This document shows, piece by piece, positions 62,634 to 64,000 of a stretch of 64,000 nucleotides of DNA. The stretch comes from Myxococcota bacterium (GTDB taxonomy: Bacteria > Myxococcota_A > UBA9042 > PHBI01 > JAWLBL01): the NCBI GenBank assembly GCA_041687695.1, contig JAWLBL010000036.1:11384-75383 (forward strand), read 5' to 3'. Under the pieces are notes generated by a model that was given only the letters and a program-made list of their open reading frames with translations, ran no database searches and was not told where the DNA came from. Within the stretch, counting starts at the first letter, position 1; each line of letters begins with the position of its first letter. A program made the position numbers and the translations under genes.

Positions 62634-63905
62634 ATGGGTGCGCGGGTGATCGTCGTCGGGGCGGGGATGGCGGGGCTGGCGGCCGGGCGGGCGCTGGCGG
62701 ACGCGGGGGCCGAGGTGGTGGTGCTCGAGGCGCGGGACCGGATCGGCGGGCGTGTGCACGTCGACGGGCGCCTGGGGGTGCCGGTGGACCTCGGGGCGTC
62801 GTGGATCCACGGGATCGAGGGGAACCCGATGACGGCCCTGGCCGCGCGGGCCGGCGTGCGGACGCGGGCGACGGACTACATGGACGCGGCGCTGATGCAC
62901 CGCGGCGTGCGGGTGGCCGAGGGCGAGCTGCGCGAGGTGGGCGAGACGCTGGAGGGGCTGCTGGGCGAGCTGCTGGCGCGGGCCGAGGGCGCCGGCGAGG
63001 CGGTCAGCTTCGGGGACGCGATCCGGCAGGTGTGCGCGCGGACGCCGCAGGAGGGGTGGCGGCGCGAGGCGCTGGCGTGGGCCATCTCGACCCAGGTGAT
63101 GGTGCACGGGGCCGACATGGACGCGCTCTCGCTGAAGTACACCGAGACGGACGAGACGCTGGCGGGCGGCGACGTGCTGCTGCTCGACACCTATCAGCCC
63201 ATCGTCGCCGCCCTGGCGGACGGGCTGGACGTTCGGCTGGAGCAGCGGGTGACGGCGATCGGCTGGGAGCGGCGGCCGGCGCGGGTCGAGACCGAGGCTG
63301 GCCGCTTCGAGGCGGACGTGGTGGTGGTGACCTTGCCGCTCGGGGTGCTCAAGGCCGCCTCCGTCACCTGGTCGCCCGAGCTGCCGGCGCGCAAGCGGCT
63401 GGCGATCGAGCGGCTGGGGATGGGGCTGCTCGACAAGGTGGTGCTGCGCTACGCGGCGCCGTTCTGGCCGCTGGACAAGGACATGCTGGGGGCGATGGCC
63501 GGCGTGAACGGCGGGTTCCCGTCGTTTCTGAACCTGCAGAAGCTGGCGGGCGAGCCCATCGTGGTGGGGTTCCACGGCGGGGCGTCGGCGCGGGCGCTGG
63601 AGGACGCGCCCGACGAGGTGGTGGCGGGGCGGGCGCACGCGGTGCTGTGCGAGGCCCTGGGGACGGAGGCCCCACCGCCGACCGGGTTCCTGGTGACGCG
63701 CTGGGGCCGCGACCCGTTTGCGCTGGGGTCGTACTCGCACGTGCCGGTGGGCGCGACCGACGAGGACTACGACGCGCTGGCGGCGTCGGTCGGGGGCCGG
63801 CTGTTCTTCGCGGGCGAGGCGACGAGCCGGCGGTGGCGCACGACGGCGCACGGGGCCTACCAGTCGGGGATCGACGCGGCGGCCGCCGTGCTCGCTGTGC
63901 TCTAG
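62634..63905 (+). CDS. Flavin monoamine oxidase family protein
   Basis: VVGAGMAGLAA, EARDRIGGR, DLGASWIHG, VTLPLGVLK, WGRDPFALGSYS and FFAGEAT..TAHGA. Confidence 0.92.
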   Translation: MGARVIVVGAGMAGLAAGRALADAGAEVVVLEARDRIGGRVHVDGRLGVPVDLGASWIHGIEGNPMTALAARAGVRTRATDYMDAALMHRGVRVAEGELREVGETLEGLLGELLARAEGAGEAVSFGDAIRQVCARTPQEGWRREALAWAISTQVMVHGADMDALSLKYTETDETLAGGDVLLLDTYQPIVAALADGLDVRLEQRVTAIGWERRPARVETEAGRFEADVVVVTLPLGVLKAASVTWSPELPARKRLAIERLGMGLLDKVVLRYAAPFWPLDKDMLGAMAGVNGGFPSFLNLQKLAGEPIVVGFHGGASARALEDAPDEVVAGRAHAVLCEALGTEAPPPTGFLVTRWGRDPFALGSYSHVPVGATDEDYDALAASVGGRLFFAGEATSRRWRTTAHGAYQSGIDAAAAVLAVL

Positions 63906-64000
63906 GAGCCTGTAGCGAATAGATTTCGCAGTCGATCCGGGCGATTAGCGATCGACGTGCCGACCGTACCGTGATCTACTCGGGGGCATGGGTGCAAGGA
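63906..64000 (+). mobile_element. Possible left end of an insertion sequence
   Basis: CTAG followed by GAGCCTGTAGCGAATAG, an abrupt drop in GC, and an ATG at 63988 running off the window; no transposase or right end visible. Confidence 0.3.

Overview
This is a very GC-rich bacterial window with a myxobacteria-like (Myxococcota/deltaproteobacterial) gene repertoire, including many lipoproteins and Cys-rich repeat proteins; the taxonomy is inferred, not proven. About 50 genes are supported. Most of the long ORFs in the track are shadow frames caused by high GC. From left to right: (1) envelope and lipoprotein genes, including a decayed duplicate gene and a small lower-GC two-gene cassette (DUF4332-like plus MuF-like motif); (2) a ~17 kb defence-type island (12.2-29.6 kb) with a NYN nuclease, a large 2OG-Fe(II) oxygenase, two PIN toxin-antitoxin pairs bracketing a double-SWIM SNF2 helicase with an MNT/HEPN-like tail, and a complete Wadjet type II (TIGR02677-02680) operon; (3) an uncharacterised module of a hydrolase-glycosyltransferase fusion, a GNAT, a sterol desaturase and a large AAA-ATPase regulator, with a symmetric 27-bp inverted operator, followed by a non-coding 42/43-bp hierarchical repeat array; (4) a pentaheme cytochrome c, a MITE-like element, an orphan IF-3 and a Cys-rich phospholipase D; (5) a peroxiredoxin lipoprotein whose catalytic Cys codon is an in-frame TGA followed by a SECIS-like hairpin (predicted selenoprotein, missed by the ORF track); (6) a RfbH/ColD-like dehydratase coupled to a HemN-like radical SAM enzyme, an srsABC-like type III PKS cluster, and a possible IS end at the right edge. 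No rRNA, tRNA or true CRISPR-Cas was seen.
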